NCBI GenBank assembly: GCA_017519185.1
Contig: JAFWSX010000006.1
Coordinates: forward strand, 96,084-160,083
DNA length: 64,000 bases
From: Bacteroidales bacterium
Lineage (GTDB): Bacteria > Bacteroidota > Bacteroidia > Bacteroidales > UBA932
Direction: 5' to 3'
The position numbers and the translations under genes were made by a program. The notes below the pieces were generated by a model. That model had not been told where the DNA came from and made no database searches. It saw only the letters and a program-made list of their open reading frames with translations. Below, in pieces: positions 16,684 to 25,762 of this stretch. Each line of letters opens with the position of its first letter. Positions within the stretch are counted from its first letter, which is position 1.

Positions 16684-17068
16684 CTCCTATGTGATATTGC
16701 CGCAGCTGCCTGCGGAGTTCCTTCTCCCTGCCCCCGCATAGGGAATTCAGCATAGCGTGGAATTCCGGGCCGTGGTTAAGCTGCTTCAGATGGCAGAGTT
16801 CGTGGAGAATCACATAGTCCCTCAATTCTTCGGGCAGACGCATCAGCTGCATGTTGAGGTTTATGTTGCCCTTTGTGCTGCAGCTTCCCCAGTTGGACAC
16901 ATTGTTCTTTATGAAGACCTTGTTGTATGCAAATCCGTGCTCGGCAGCCAGAGTGGCAAGCCGAGGAATAAGCCACGCCTTAGCCTCGGCCCTAAGGGTC
17001 TCGTCAGGAACAGCTTTGCGCCTTCTCCGGCGGAATCGGCGCAGCGGGGTGAAGATGCGGATTATCAC
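16661..17068 (-). CDS. DUF45/YgjP-like (M48/WLM-type) zinc metallopeptidase, short form
   Basis: Carries WGSCS...INLNMQLMRLP...YVILHELCHL (HExxH). GTG start with a GTGA overlap on the stop of the upstream GT2 gene. At 135 aa it looks shorter than my recollection of ~230 aa for the family. Confidence 0.7.
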   Translation of the reverse strand: MIIRIFTPLRRFRRRRRKAVPDETLRAEAKAWLIPRLATLAAEHGFAYNKVFIKNNVSNWGSCSTKGNINLNMQLMRLPEELRDYVILHELCHLKQLNHGPEFHAMLNSLCGGREKELRRQLRQYHIGANGASVS

Positions 17069-18075
17069 TTGAAGCGAAGCTGGTCGAAAGTCAGTTTCTT
17101 GCCGCTGAGGAAGAATTTGAACAGGATGCTGCCGCGAAGGTGGCCGATGTCATTGAATTCCTCTGAGAAAACGGAGTGGTCCTCGACTTTCTTGAGTTTG
17201 CGGTAGTCCCGGTGGGCGCGGAAGACGGCCTTGCAGGATTCCCATCTGAAAGTGACCAGATAGACCATTGCTGAGCAGAAGTCCAGTACCTTGCGTGTGG
17301 TGATTATGCTCCAACGTACGTTGCCCGGCAGATTCTTATAGAGCATCAGGAGGTTGTTGCGGTAGTTGTAATACAACTTCTGGGGGGCGTTGTTGGGAAG
17401 GGTGCCGCCGCCGACGTGGTAAACCTTGGCCTGAGGAACAGCCCACACCTGGAAGCCCAGCAACTTGGCGCGCCAGCAGAAATCAATCTCCTCCATATGG
17501 GCGAAGAACACATCGTCCAGCCCTCCGAGGTGGTGATACAGTGACGAGCGCACAACCATGCAGGCTCCGGTCGCCCAGAAAATCTCTTCTTCTTCGTCGT
17601 ACTGCCCGTGGTCCTTCTCAATGTTGCTCAGGATACGGCCGCGGCAGAAAGGATAGCCGAAGTGGTCGATGAAGCCGCCGCAGGCTCCGGCATATTCGAA
17701 AGTGTCCCTGGCTGCCTCTGACAGGATTTTCGGCTGGCAGATTCCGGCGTCAGGGTTGTCCTCCATAAAGTTGATGAGGGTTTCGGCCCAGCCGGGAGTC
17801 ACTTCAACGTCGGAATTGAGCAGTATGTAGTAGTCAGCCTCAATCTCCCTGAATGCGCGGTTATAGCCTTCGGTGAATCCGTAATTACGGTCGAACTCTA
17901 TCAGCTGCACATTCGGATGCTCGGCTTTAAGCCACTCGACTGAACCGTCTGTCGAACCGTTGTCGGCCACCACGAGGAAGAAATTCTCCTTCGGGGTGCA
18001 GGCCTCCAACACAGGCAGGAACCGCTTCATGAAATGCAGTCCGTTCCAGTTGAGTATGACTATCGCCGTATCCAT
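17065..18075 (-). CDS. Glycosyltransferase family 2 (rhamnosyl/galactosyl-transferase-like)
   Basis: AIVILNWNGLHFMKRFLPVL...VVADNGSTDGS...LLNSDVEV is the GT2 pattern. 336 aa. Confidence 0.9.
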   Translation of the reverse strand: MDTAIVILNWNGLHFMKRFLPVLEACTPKENFFLVVADNGSTDGSVEWLKAEHPNVQLIEFDRNYGFTEGYNRAFREIEADYYILLNSDVEVTPGWAETLINFMEDNPDAGICQPKILSEAARDTFEYAGACGGFIDHFGYPFCRGRILSNIEKDHGQYDEEEEIFWATGACMVVRSSLYHHLGGLDDVFFAHMEEIDFCWRAKLLGFQVWAVPQAKVYHVGGGTLPNNAPQKLYYNYRNNLLMLYKNLPGNVRWSIITTRKVLDFCSAMVYLVTFRWESCKAVFRAHRDYRKLKKVEDHSVFSEEFNDIGHLRGSILFKFFLSGKKLTFDQLRFK

Positions 18076-18106
18076 AGAGAATACAAATTTATAAGTTTTT
18101 TGGCAA

Positions 18107-19405
18107 TCAAAGAATTTCAGGCAGAATAAACAGGCGGTTGCTGTTGGACCCCTTCAGAAGGATGGTCTTGCCTTTGAGCGGGTGCGAGCCAAGATAGTCG
18201 CGCAGGGCCTCGGCGCTGTCGAAGAACTTGGCGCAGGAGGCTTCAGGCACCTGTGAGGAAGCAGCCTTGAACTCGCCCCTGCCCACCAGGAAGATCTCAC
18301 TGGTAATTGAGCAGGCTTTGCGCAATACGTCGGCGTGCGCCTGCAGCGAGAACTCTCCCAGTTCATACATGTCTCCCAGAATCAGGACTTTCTCCTTGAA
18401 GTCCGTCGCCGCGAAGTTTTCGAGCGATGTGAGCATGCTGGTGTGGTTGGCATTGTATGCATCGACAATAAGGGTGTTTGACTGCGTAGTAACCATCTGG
18501 GAGCGGTTGTTGGAAGGCACGTAAGCTTCTATTGCAGCTACCGCGGCATCTTCTTCAACTTCGAAATGCCTTGCCACGCAAAGGGCTGCGAGCACGTTGT
18601 CTGCATTGTATGCTCCTACCAGTCTGGTCCGGATCACCCGGCCGTCCGGCATACCGATGCGGAGGAACGGTTCCTGGACGTTGGCAGGCAGTATCTTCAC
18701 TCCCTGGAACCTGGCCCCATATGCTATTTTGACAAGTTTGTCACGCTTGTCCACCATGCCGCAGATGTCGCTGCTGTCCGCATTGTAGAAAACTGTCCCT
18801 GACGTGGCGTTCAGAAAATCGTAAAGCTCGCCCTTGGTTTTCTTGACACCTTCGAAAGACCCGAACCCCTCGAGGTGTGCGCGTCCGACATTAGTGATGA
18901 GTCCGCAGGTAGGAAGGGCAATTGATACGGAAGATGCTATCTCCCAGGGATGGCTTGCTCCCATCTCCACGATTGCAATCTGGTGATCTTCGTTCAGCCC
19001 AAGCAGGGTGAGAGGAACTCCGATGTGGTTGTTAAGGTTGCCCTTTGTGCAGAGAGTTCTGTATTTTGCACCGAGAACGGCGTTTACAAGCTCCTTGGTG
19101 GTTGTCTTGCCGTTTGTTCCGGTTATGCCGACCACAGGTATCTCGAAATGGAGACGATGTATCCTGGCCAGCTGCTGGAGTGCCTGCAGGGTATCTTGCA
19201 CCTTGACAAAACGGTCGTCAGCACCTTCCGGCGTTCTTTCGACCACTGCATATGCGGCTCCCTGCTCGAGGGCAGCTGCAGCGAAGTCGTTGCCGTCGAA
19301 GTTTTCTCCTTTCAGAGCAAAGAATACAGAGCCTGGAACAATGCGTCGGGTATCCGTGCAGACCTTGCGTCCGCACTCCTGAAAAATGTCATACAAATCT
19401 TTCAT
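18107..19405 (-). CDS. murF: UDP-N-acetylmuramoyl-tripeptide--D-alanyl-D-alanine ligase
   Basis: Mur ligase P-loop GITGTNGKTTTKEL. Length (432 aa) and the C-terminal domain pattern fit MurF. Confidence 0.93.
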   Translation of the reverse strand: MKDLYDIFQECGRKVCTDTRRIVPGSVFFALKGENFDGNDFAAAALEQGAAYAVVERTPEGADDRFVKVQDTLQALQQLARIHRLHFEIPVVGITGTNGKTTTKELVNAVLGAKYRTLCTKGNLNNHIGVPLTLLGLNEDHQIAIVEMGASHPWEIASSVSIALPTCGLITNVGRAHLEGFGSFEGVKKTKGELYDFLNATSGTVFYNADSSDICGMVDKRDKLVKIAYGARFQGVKILPANVQEPFLRIGMPDGRVIRTRLVGAYNADNVLAALCVARHFEVEEDAAVAAIEAYVPSNNRSQMVTTQSNTLIVDAYNANHTSMLTSLENFAATDFKEKVLILGDMYELGEFSLQAHADVLRKACSITSEIFLVGRGEFKAASSQVPEASCAKFFDSAEALRDYLGSHPLKGKTILLKGSNSNRLFILPEIL

Positions 19406-19408
19406 CGT

Positions 19409-19843
19409 CTATTTAGTGCCAGTTGAACCAAATCCGCCCGCACCGCGGCTGCTTTCGTCGAGCTGGTCGACTTCTTCCCATTCCACGTGTTCGTGGCGGG
19501 CTATCACCATCTGGGCTATCCTCTCTCCGGGTTCTATGGTAAACGGATCTTTAGAGAGGTTGACGAGCAGCACGCATACTTCGCCGCGGTAGTCCGAGTC
19601 GATGGTGCCGGGGCTGTTGGTGACGCTCAGGCCGTGCTTGGCTGCCAGCCCGCTTCTCGGGCGAATCTGGGCTTCGTAGCCTTCAGGAAGCTGGATGTAC
19701 AGTCCTGTCGGAATCATCGTGCGCTCCAGCATACCGAGTGTCACAGGCTCCTCGATGTTGGCCTTCAGGTCCACTCCGGCGGAATAGGGTGTTGCATAGG
19801 CCGGAGAAGGGTATCTTGATTTGTTGACGATCTTAACTTTCAT
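19409..19843 (-). CDS. dut: dUTP diphosphatase
   Basis: [28 protein letters not shown]...[10 protein letters not shown]...RIAQMV are dUTPase motifs 1-5. The track ORF is N-terminally over-extended to 19999. ATG 19841-19843 gives 144 aa. Confidence 0.94.
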   Translation of the reverse strand: MKVKIVNKSRYPSPAYATPYSAGVDLKANIEEPVTLGMLERTMIPTGLYIQLPEGYEAQIRPRSGLAAKHGLSVTNSPGTIDSDYRGEVCVLLVNLSKDPFTIEPGERIAQMVIARHEHVEWEEVDQLDESSRGAGGFGSTGTK

Positions 19844-21338
19844 ATGTCGGGTTGTTTGATGCGTTAAGTTTGCGGCGGCGGTAGAACAGTATGCTGACCA
19901 CCACGGGAACCATATAGCAGAGCAGAAGCAAGGTCTGGACTCCGAGTTTGGGCCAGAGCGACAGCTCAGGCACGAACAGCGATACGAAGTAGATGCCAAG
20001 GCCGAGAAGTATGCACAAGCCTATCTGCACCCAGTTATAGGGTATGGGGTAGTATTTGTTTCCCAGCCACAGGGAGATCGCCATCATTACGACGTAGCTG
20101 GCAACGTGTCCCCAGGCCGCAGCGTAATAGCTGAAGCGGGGCATGAATATTATGTTGATGGCGAGTGTGACTACAAGACCGGCAAGAGTGATCCATACGG
20201 CATAGCCGGTCTTGCCACTCAGCTTGTACCACATGCTTATATTGAACTGCATTCCCAGCAGCACATAGGCCATAAGCATTATGGGCGTTATGGAGAGGCC
20301 TTCGCGGAAGTTGCGGCCGAGGATGAGACCGATCTCGTCGAGATAGAGCGTTACCACCAGGAAACCGAACATGCAGAAGGCCACGAAATAGCTCATCACC
20401 TGTGCGTAAAGAGCCTTGTTGTCCTTGTCTTTCTCCCTCTGGAAAAAGAAAGGCTCAGCCGCATAGCGGAACATCTGCACGAACAGGGACATAATGACTG
20501 CGATCTTCACGCCGGCCTGATATACTCCAAGGTCGGCACGCCACAACTCAGGATCAGCGTTGAGGAAGCGCATCAGAATCCTGTCCATAAAGTCGTTCAG
20601 CACTCCGGGCAGGCCTGCTATCATCAAGGGGAGAGAATAGATTAGCAGTGAGCGGGTCAATTCCTTGTCAAGACGGAACCTGAGGCGGAAGATTTCCGGA
20701 ATAAGCAGTATCAGGCACAGCAGACAGCTTATGAGGATTGCGAATATTGCATAGGTATAATCAGGCACAGGACTCACGAAAGTGAGCATCCAGCTGTCCG
20801 GATGGGCTGCCGCAAACTTCGGGAAGCGAAGGTAAAGCAGCAGGTTCACTCCCAGTTCGGTAAGTATCTTGAGGGTTTTTATGATAGCGAACTTGACTGC
20901 CTTGTGCTCATAACGCAACCTGGCGAATATTATGGCAGTGATGGTGTCTATCCACAGGATGAGGCCCACATACTTTATGACACGGCCGTTGCCTTCATAT
21001 CCGAGGGCGGTGGAGATGCCGCCGGAGAAGGTGGAACAGCAGATGTAGAACAGCGCGCACAGCACAAAGACAATCGAGAAGGCAGTGGAGAAGACCTTTG
21101 AGGAATTGTTGATTTCCTTGATGGTAGCATATCGGAAACAGCCAGTCTCAAGACCCAGCGCCAGGACTACCTGCAGGATGGCAATGTAAGATAGGAATTC
21201 AGTGACGACACCGTAATCGGAACGGCTGAGTATCGCCGTATATACGGGAACCAGCATAAAGTTGACGACACGGGCCAGAATGGTGCTCAGACCATATATG
21301 GCGGTTTCGCCTGCCAGTTGTTTCAACGGATTTGCCAT
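19833..21338 (-). CDS. MOP-superfamily polysaccharide/lipid-linked oligosaccharide flippase
   Basis: About 500-aa polytopic protein starting [34 protein letters not shown], the Wzx/MurJ-like N-terminal pattern. Its 3' end overlaps the dut start by 11 bp. Confidence 0.82.
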   Translation of the reverse strand: MANPLKQLAGETAIYGLSTILARVVNFMLVPVYTAILSRSDYGVVTEFLSYIAILQVVLALGLETGCFRYATIKEINNSSKVFSTAFSIVFVLCALFYICCSTFSGGISTALGYEGNGRVIKYVGLILWIDTITAIIFARLRYEHKAVKFAIIKTLKILTELGVNLLLYLRFPKFAAAHPDSWMLTFVSPVPDYTYAIFAILISCLLCLILLIPEIFRLRFRLDKELTRSLLIYSLPLMIAGLPGVLNDFMDRILMRFLNADPELWRADLGVYQAGVKIAVIMSLFVQMFRYAAEPFFFQREKDKDNKALYAQVMSYFVAFCMFGFLVVTLYLDEIGLILGRNFREGLSITPIMLMAYVLLGMQFNISMWYKLSGKTGYAVWITLAGLVVTLAINIIFMPRFSYYAAAWGHVASYVVMMAISLWLGNKYYPIPYNWVQIGLCILLGLGIYFVSLFVPELSLWPKLGVQTLLLLCYMVPVVVSILFYRRRKLNASNNPTYES

Positions 21339-21359
21339 CTCGGAGTCAAGAATACCATA

Positions 21360-21367
21360 CAAAAATA
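21360..21367 (-). promoter_or_regulatory. -7 box TATTTTTG (minus strand) for the flippase-dut-murF string
   Basis: Matches TAnnTTTG, 21 nt upstream of ATG 21338. Confidence 0.4.
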
Positions 21368-21378
21368 GGAAAAATGGC

Positions 21379-21386
21379 TAAATTTG
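21379..21386 (+). promoter_or_regulatory. -7 box TAAATTTG for the cyclophilin gene
   Basis: Matches TAnnTTTG, 20 nt upstream of ATG 21407. Confidence 0.45.
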
Positions 21387-21406
21387 CCCTGCAAATAATA
21401 AACATT

Positions 21407-22063
21407 ATGAAACGAGTACTCGCATTATCACTGATCGTAACTATGGCACTTTTATTCAGCGGTTGCAAGAATGGCAACAAGACTCCGAAAGATATCACTG
21501 CCGACCAGCCGTCTTTCTCACAGGGTGAAGTCGCAGAACCCGAAGAAATCGCAGAAGAGCCTGTCTTCAAGATTTCAACATCAATGGGTGACATCGTAAT
21601 CAAACTCTATAAGGAAACCCCTCTTCATCGCGACAATTTCGTCAAACTCGCCCGCAGCGGTTACTATGACGGTATGCTGTTCCACCGCGTCATCAAGAAC
21701 TTCATGATCCAGGGCGGTGACCCCTTCACCAAGCAGGAAGGCAAGGAAGCCCAGTATGGCACAGGCGGTCCTAACTACACCATTCCCGCCGAGATCGTTC
21801 CCGGCAAAACCCATAAGAAAGGAGCGCTTGCTGCAGCCCGTCGTGGAGACAACGTGAATCCTGAGAAGGCATCTTCAGGTTCGCAGTTCTATCTTGTCCA
21901 GAGCGAGGAAGGCTGCAAGCACCTCGACGGAGAATACACTATCTTCGGTGAAACGATTTCCGGACTTGACGTTATCGACAAAATCGCCTCTGTAGCCACC
22001 AACAACCGCAATCTTCCCCTTGAGCCTGTAAAAATTATTTCAGTAAAAGAAGTGAAAGAATAA
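21407..22063 (+). CDS. Cyclophilin-type peptidyl-prolyl cis-trans isomerase, lipoprotein
   Basis: MKRVLALSLIVTMALLFSGC lipobox, then FHRVIKNFMIQGGDP and the GSQFYL cyclophilin signature. Confidence 0.92.
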   Translation: MKRVLALSLIVTMALLFSGCKNGNKTPKDITADQPSFSQGEVAEPEEIAEEPVFKISTSMGDIVIKLYKETPLHRDNFVKLARSGYYDGMLFHRVIKNFMIQGGDPFTKQEGKEAQYGTGGPNYTIPAEIVPGKTHKKGALAAARRGDNVNPEKASSGSQFYLVQSEEGCKHLDGEYTIFGETISGLDVIDKIASVATNNRNLPLEPVKIISVKEVKE

Positions 22064-22067
22064 ATTG

Positions 22068-22083
22068 TGGCACGCCTATTGCT
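22068..22083 (+). promoter_or_regulatory. Candidate sigma-54 (-24/-12) promoter TGGCACGCCTATTGCT
   Basis: Matches TGGCACG-N4-TTGCW at every specified position. GG is at 22069-22070 and GC at 22081-22082. It starts 5 nt after the cyclophilin stop codon. Confidence 0.5.
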
Positions 22084-22093
22084 TTAACCTAAA

Positions 22094-22170
22094 TCGAGTT
22101 TTTCATAGGTTAAGTTTTTAGGTTAAAAATAATAACGGCCGTTTCCCAAAGGAACGGCCGTTATTATTTT
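22094..22170 (+). ncRNA. Candidate sigma-54-dependent small RNA (~75 nt)
   Basis: The predicted TSS is ~12 nt after the GC element. The AU-rich 5' part holds two AGGUUAA copies. It ends at the 13-bp-stem terminator. No CDS lies on this strand. Confidence 0.3.
22131..22170. terminator. Bidirectional intrinsic terminator (cyclophilin / pepD convergent pair)
   Basis: Perfect 13-bp stem AATAACGGCCGTT / AACGGCCGTTATT with a 9-nt loop. T-runs follow on both strands. Confidence 0.85.
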
Positions 22171-22184
22171 GTGCTATTCCGAAG

Positions 22185-23648
22185 TTATTTCTTCGGGGCG
22201 TCATTCAAGACAGCCACGATGAAATCCCAGAACTTGGCAACGCTCGACACGAGTACCCTCTCGTCGGGAGAGTGGGGTGAGCAGAGGGTCGGTCCGCACG
22301 ATACCATATCCCATTTCGGATATTTGGCACCCAGGATGCCGCACTCCAGGCCGGCGTGTACGGCCATTACTTCGGGTTCCCTGCCGTAAAGTCTCTTGTA
22401 GACCTTCTTCATCTCGGCCAGTATGGCTGAGTCCATGTTGGGTTTCCAGCCTGAGTATGCTCCAGAGAATGTTACTTTTGCTCCTGCAAGTTCGAAGACG
22501 TTGCGCATCTGTTCAGCCATGTCCATCTTTGAACTGTCGATGGAGCTGCGGATGAGGCTGCTGACAGTGAATACGCCGTTTTCTGTCTTGACTATGGCAA
22601 GGTTGCCGGAGGTTTCAACCATACCGGGCATATCGAGGCTCATCCTTGTGACTTCGTTGGTGCAGGCAGAAATCGCCTTGATCATCTTCAGCGCCACGTT
22701 GCCGGCAATGACTGTGTCCGCTTTCGCTTTCTTTGCAAAAATCTCGACGGCGGGATCGATCTTGCCCATCTCGTTCTTCACTTCTGAAAGTACGCGTGAA
22801 ACTGCTATGTCCACTGCGACGGCTTCAGCCTCAGGAACAGCTACGACGGCCACGCACTCTCGGGGGATGGCGTTGCGAAGGTTGCCGCCCTCGATGCAGG
22901 CCAGTTTGCCATTGTGGCTACGGAGCAGAGGCAGAAGCACTCTTGCCATTATCTTGTTGGCGTTGCCGCGGCCTTCGTTGATTTCCATTCCTGAATGGCC
23001 TCCGCGAAGCCCCTTGACAGTTACCTCATAAGCCACATATCCGGCAGGCAGGGCCTCTTCCTTGTATCTGCGGGTTACTGTGACATCCACTCCGCCGGCG
23101 CATCCGACATACAGTTCACCTTCGGTCTCGGAATCCATATTGATGAGGATTTCTCCTTTCAGCACGCCAGGGGCGAGTTTGAATGCTCCGGTCATTCCGG
23201 TTTCTTCATCCACGGTGAAAAGGGCTTCGATGGGGCCGTGTTGAATGTCCTTGGCCTCAAGGATAGCCATAGCGGTGGCTACGCCCATTCCATTGTCAGC
23301 TCCAAGAGTGGTGCCTGTGGCATATACCCACTGCTCACCGTCCTTCTCGACTATGCGGGGAGTGATCGGGTCCTTTTTGAAATCGTGCACGACATCGTTG
23401 TTCTTCTGGGGTACCATATCCATATGGCCCTGCAGGATGATGCCCTTGCGGTCTTCCATTCCGGGAGTGGCGGGTTTGCGGATGATTATGTTGCCCATCG
23501 GGTCCTTGATGGTCTCCAGGCCCAGGTCCTTGCCGAACTTCTCAAGGAAGGCAGAGACTTGCTCTTCGTGTTTCGAGGGTCTGGGAATGCGAGTGAGAGC
23601 GTAGAAGTTTTTCCACACTCTCTCGGGGTTAAGATGTGATATATCCAT
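22185..23648 (-). CDS. pepD: Aminoacyl-histidine (Xaa-His) dipeptidase, M20C
   Basis: 487 aa. The N-terminus is LNPERVWKNFYALTRIPRPSKHEEQV. It also has HMDMV, GADNGMG and DEETGMTGA metal-ligand motifs. Confidence 0.93.
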   Translation of the reverse strand: MDISHLNPERVWKNFYALTRIPRPSKHEEQVSAFLEKFGKDLGLETIKDPMGNIIIRKPATPGMEDRKGIILQGHMDMVPQKNNDVVHDFKKDPITPRIVEKDGEQWVYATGTTLGADNGMGVATAMAILEAKDIQHGPIEALFTVDEETGMTGAFKLAPGVLKGEILINMDSETEGELYVGCAGGVDVTVTRRYKEEALPAGYVAYEVTVKGLRGGHSGMEINEGRGNANKIMARVLLPLLRSHNGKLACIEGGNLRNAIPRECVAVVAVPEAEAVAVDIAVSRVLSEVKNEMGKIDPAVEIFAKKAKADTVIAGNVALKMIKAISACTNEVTRMSLDMPGMVETSGNLAIVKTENGVFTVSSLIRSSIDSSKMDMAEQMRNVFELAGAKVTFSGAYSGWKPNMDSAILAEMKKVYKRLYGREPEVMAVHAGLECGILGAKYPKWDMVSCGPTLCSPHSPDERVLVSSVAKFWDFIVAVLNDAPKK

Positions 23649-23652
23649 AATT

Positions 23653-24744
23653 CTATTTTAAAACTGAGTTCAAAGGGAATGAAACTGTCTGTCCGAACTG
23701 GTAGATGGGAACGCGTGTCTGGAGCAGCATCTGGCTGCCGTCCATAATGCGGGCGGTGGCGATGACCGGCACCCTGTAGTATACAGTGCTGGACGGAATC
23801 AGTTTGGAAGAAGCTATGCCTGCAGTGGAGACTGAAGGAGCCTTGTCAAAAGCCAGTTCAAGCACGATGGGGCGGCCTGAAACGTCATTGGCGGGCAGCA
23901 GGCCTTCGGTCTCGGAGAGCCTGAAAGCAACATACATCTGCTGCTTCGAAGATGCATTGGATGCAGTCGGGACAACATCGAAATTCATTGTCTGGACTGA
24001 TGTCGTGCTGGTTCCGTAGAACAGGCTCATATATTCCTGCTCAAGCCTGGTGATTTCGGCGATGGCCGCCTGCATTGCTTCTCCGCTGTATGTCGCATCG
24101 GTGTCACCGGTGATTATCTGCATACGGCTTCGGCGAAGGTCGAAAATAGTGTTGGCAGTTTCCTGGGCTTTCTTTTCGAGCGATTTCTCCACTACCTGGC
24201 TCTGAGAGACTGCAACCCTCTGGAAACCTTCGGCAGTGTTGACCGTCTTGTAGAGGGTAGTTGTTGCGCTGGTAAGGTTTCCTTCTACGTCCTTGCCTGC
24301 AAAAACGTCATTGTTGGCTATAGACGGGAATCTCCAGGCTTCGGGCTTGCCGGTGTAACTGTCGGAAGCCACTATAAGTCCCTGTGAGCACAACTGCAGG
24401 AAGTTGGCGGCAGCTGTTCCGCGGCCAGAAAGGTTGAGCGCAATCCTGGTCGCAGGATCGGCCTCGAGATAGGGCGCCATGTCGATGGACTTCAGAGTGT
24501 AGGTCACGGCGTCTTCGGTACGTGCCTCGGAGCCCATATATTTCTGCGCGAACTGAGCATAGGGACCTGCTACGAAGTTTTCTTTCTCGGCAGTCACTGT
24601 CAGCATTATCGAAGTGGAAGGCAGTGAATAGAGCACTACGCCTGAAGGCTGCTCCTGTCCGGCCTCGAGCATCTGGGCGTTCGCTGTCTGCAGGCAGGCA
24701 AACAGGCAGAACGATGCGAAAAGGATTTTAGTCAAATGTTTCAT
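23653..24744 (-). CDS. DUF4831-family secreted protein
   Basis: Signal peptide MKHLTKILFASFCLFACLQTANAQ. The C-terminal pattern is YYRVPVIATARI...IYQFGQTVSFPLN. The start was set to ATG 24742-24744 to avoid overlap with the upstream gene. Confidence 0.75.
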   Translation of the reverse strand: MKHLTKILFASFCLFACLQTANAQMLEAGQEQPSGVVLYSLPSTSIMLTVTAEKENFVAGPYAQFAQKYMGSEARTEDAVTYTLKSIDMAPYLEADPATRIALNLSGRGTAAANFLQLCSQGLIVASDSYTGKPEAWRFPSIANNDVFAGKDVEGNLTSATTTLYKTVNTAEGFQRVAVSQSQVVEKSLEKKAQETANTIFDLRRSRMQIITGDTDATYSGEAMQAAIAEITRLEQEYMSLFYGTSTTSVQTMNFDVVPTASNASSKQQMYVAFRLSETEGLLPANDVSGRPIVLELAFDKAPSVSTAGIASSKLIPSSTVYYRVPVIATARIMDGSQMLLQTRVPIYQFGQTVSFPLNSVLK

Positions 24745-24748
24745 ATCG

Positions 24749-25672
24749 TTATTGTTTGTTTTTTTCATAATTCCAAATATTCTTCCACCTGCGGTGGCTC
24801 CAGAGCCAGTTGGCCCTGTCATCTCTGATGTCACGCTCCAGAAGCGAGGCGAAGGCCTTCGTTATCTCTCCGGGCTGTGTCGCGCGGGCATCTTCGCATA
24901 TCGTCTCGCAGTTTATCACATACCGGCTTCGGCCTGAGCGGTTGATGCCGATGTATGCAACAGGCATGCCTGTCCTCCTTGCTATGGCCTCAGCCCCGGT
25001 GACCCACTCGGTACGAAGGCCGAGAAAGTCTGTCTCCAAGCCACCCTTGCCTTCGGGGCACTGGTCTGCGATGAAGAAATAGACCTTCCGCTCGTTCCTG
25101 TGCTCCAGCGCATAACGAAGAAAACTGCCCGACGAAACCAGATTCTTCCGTTTGAAACGGTGAAAACTGCGCAGATGCAGGAACAGTTCCTCGCTCAGGC
25201 GGTTCGACATCGGGTGGTAGGCACTCACCACGTTGTCATAGCCATAGGTGGCCTCGTCGCTGTAGACCGGAAGGCCGGGTAGCAACTCCCAGTTGCCGGT
25301 GTGTCCGAGCAGGACCGCCACGCTTCCATACTTCTCAAAGAGCCCCTCGAGAGCTTCTCCGCCCGTCACGCTGCATACACCTCTGCGTTTGATGTGCCGG
25401 TAGCTGCGGGTCAGGCTCCAGACAGTCTCGCAGATAATGTCAGCGATATGCTGATAATAGTCTCTCGAAAGAGTTGTCACGCCATCCTCCGTGAGGTCCG
25501 GAAAAGTTCCCGACAGGTTGGTGCGGATCACGCTCATCCGGTATTTCAGGACATCCCCGAGCAGCCAGGCTACGACGCGGGCCAGGACCCGGTGCACGCA
25601 CAGCGGCAGAAGCGACAGGAGCACTGTCGGCAACATCAGAAGATAAACCGCCAGTGTGCGTAAAAACTTCAT
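24749..25672 (-). CDS. Lipid A biosynthesis (LpxL/HtrB-like) lysophospholipid acyltransferase family protein
   Basis: N-terminal TM helix, an H(x)4E box (LLGHTGNWELLP) and 307 aa, typical for late acyltransferases. Confidence 0.82.
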   Translation of the reverse strand: MKFLRTLAVYLLMLPTVLLSLLPLCVHRVLARVVAWLLGDVLKYRMSVIRTNLSGTFPDLTEDGVTTLSRDYYQHIADIICETVWSLTRSYRHIKRRGVCSVTGGEALEGLFEKYGSVAVLLGHTGNWELLPGLPVYSDEATYGYDNVVSAYHPMSNRLSEELFLHLRSFHRFKRKNLVSSGSFLRYALEHRNERKVYFFIADQCPEGKGGLETDFLGLRTEWVTGAEAIARRTGMPVAYIGINRSGRSRYVINCETICEDARATQPGEITKAFASLLERDIRDDRANWLWSHRRWKNIWNYEKNKQ

Positions 25673-25724
25673 TCCAGAGGGCTGTTTTACATTTTATGCA
25701 GTTTCAAATTTAATTCAAAAATGC

Positions 25725-25732
25725 TAAATTTG
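25725..25732 (+). promoter_or_regulatory. -7 box TAAATTTG for the POT transporter gene
   Basis: Matches TAnnTTTG, 30 nt upstream of ATG 25763. Confidence 0.45.
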
Positions 25733-25762
25733 TTGTTCGAGTAAGCTAAAACTTAAATTCTT

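Noticed and set aside
19844-19999. N-terminal 52-codon extension of the dut ORF on the track
   Set aside because: The Cys/Ser-rich extension overlaps the 3' end of the flippase gene. dUTPase homology begins at MKVKIVNKS (ATG 19843).
22423-23639. 202-aa and 214-aa plus-strand ORFs
   Set aside because: Antisense to pepD, with no motifs.
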